Of a stretch of DNA of 7,114 nucleotides, positions 7,017-7,114 are shown one piece after another. The DNA is from a virus (taxonomy: Duplodnaviria > Heunggongvirae > Uroviricota > Caudoviricetes), in the IMG/VR virus record IMGVR_UViG_2698536533_000001; one strand, written 5' to 3'. Each line of letters starts with the position of its first letter. Position 1 is the first letter of the stretch. The notes under the pieces were generated by a model that was given only the letters and a program-made list of their open reading frames with translations, ran no database searches and was not told where the DNA came from. The position numbers and the translations under genes are program-made.

Positions 7017-7114
7017 GGAACAGACGAATGAGGTGATGCTGCCAACTTACTGATTTAGTGTATGATGGTGTTTTTGAGGTGCTCCAGTGGCTTCTGTTTC
7101 TATCAGCTGTCCCT

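Noticed and set aside
7062-7114. Possible start of the next gene (ATG 7062, or GTG 7087 with GAGGTG RBS)
   Set aside because: Too little sequence before the window ends to support a call; probably the start of the next head gene but it cannot be substantiated.

Overview
This window is the late region of a lambdoid enterobacterial phage or prophage, read 5' to 3' on the + strand. It holds the 3' end of the lysis cassette (Rz i-spanin with embedded Rz1 o-spanin), a 142-nt run of N (251-392), one AT-rich opposite-strand accessory gene (moron) encoding a YqaA/DedA-like small membrane protein, and then a tightly packed same-strand packaging and head operon: small terminase, large terminase, portal, Mu F/SPP1 gp7-like head morphogenesis protein, an acidic scaffold-like protein and a 168-aa head-associated protein. 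The most unusual observation is that the portal reading frame is continuous from 3182 to 4648 but is interrupted by two in-frame amber (TAG) codons. A dense cluster of GTACGC/GCGTAC motifs inside the small terminase gene is a candidate pac site. I see no tRNA, CRISPR array, integrase or transposase. I cannot support a multi-gene novel system from this sequence; the single-gene membrane moron is the best candidate for an accessory function. All homology statements are from memory of protein families and need database confirmation.
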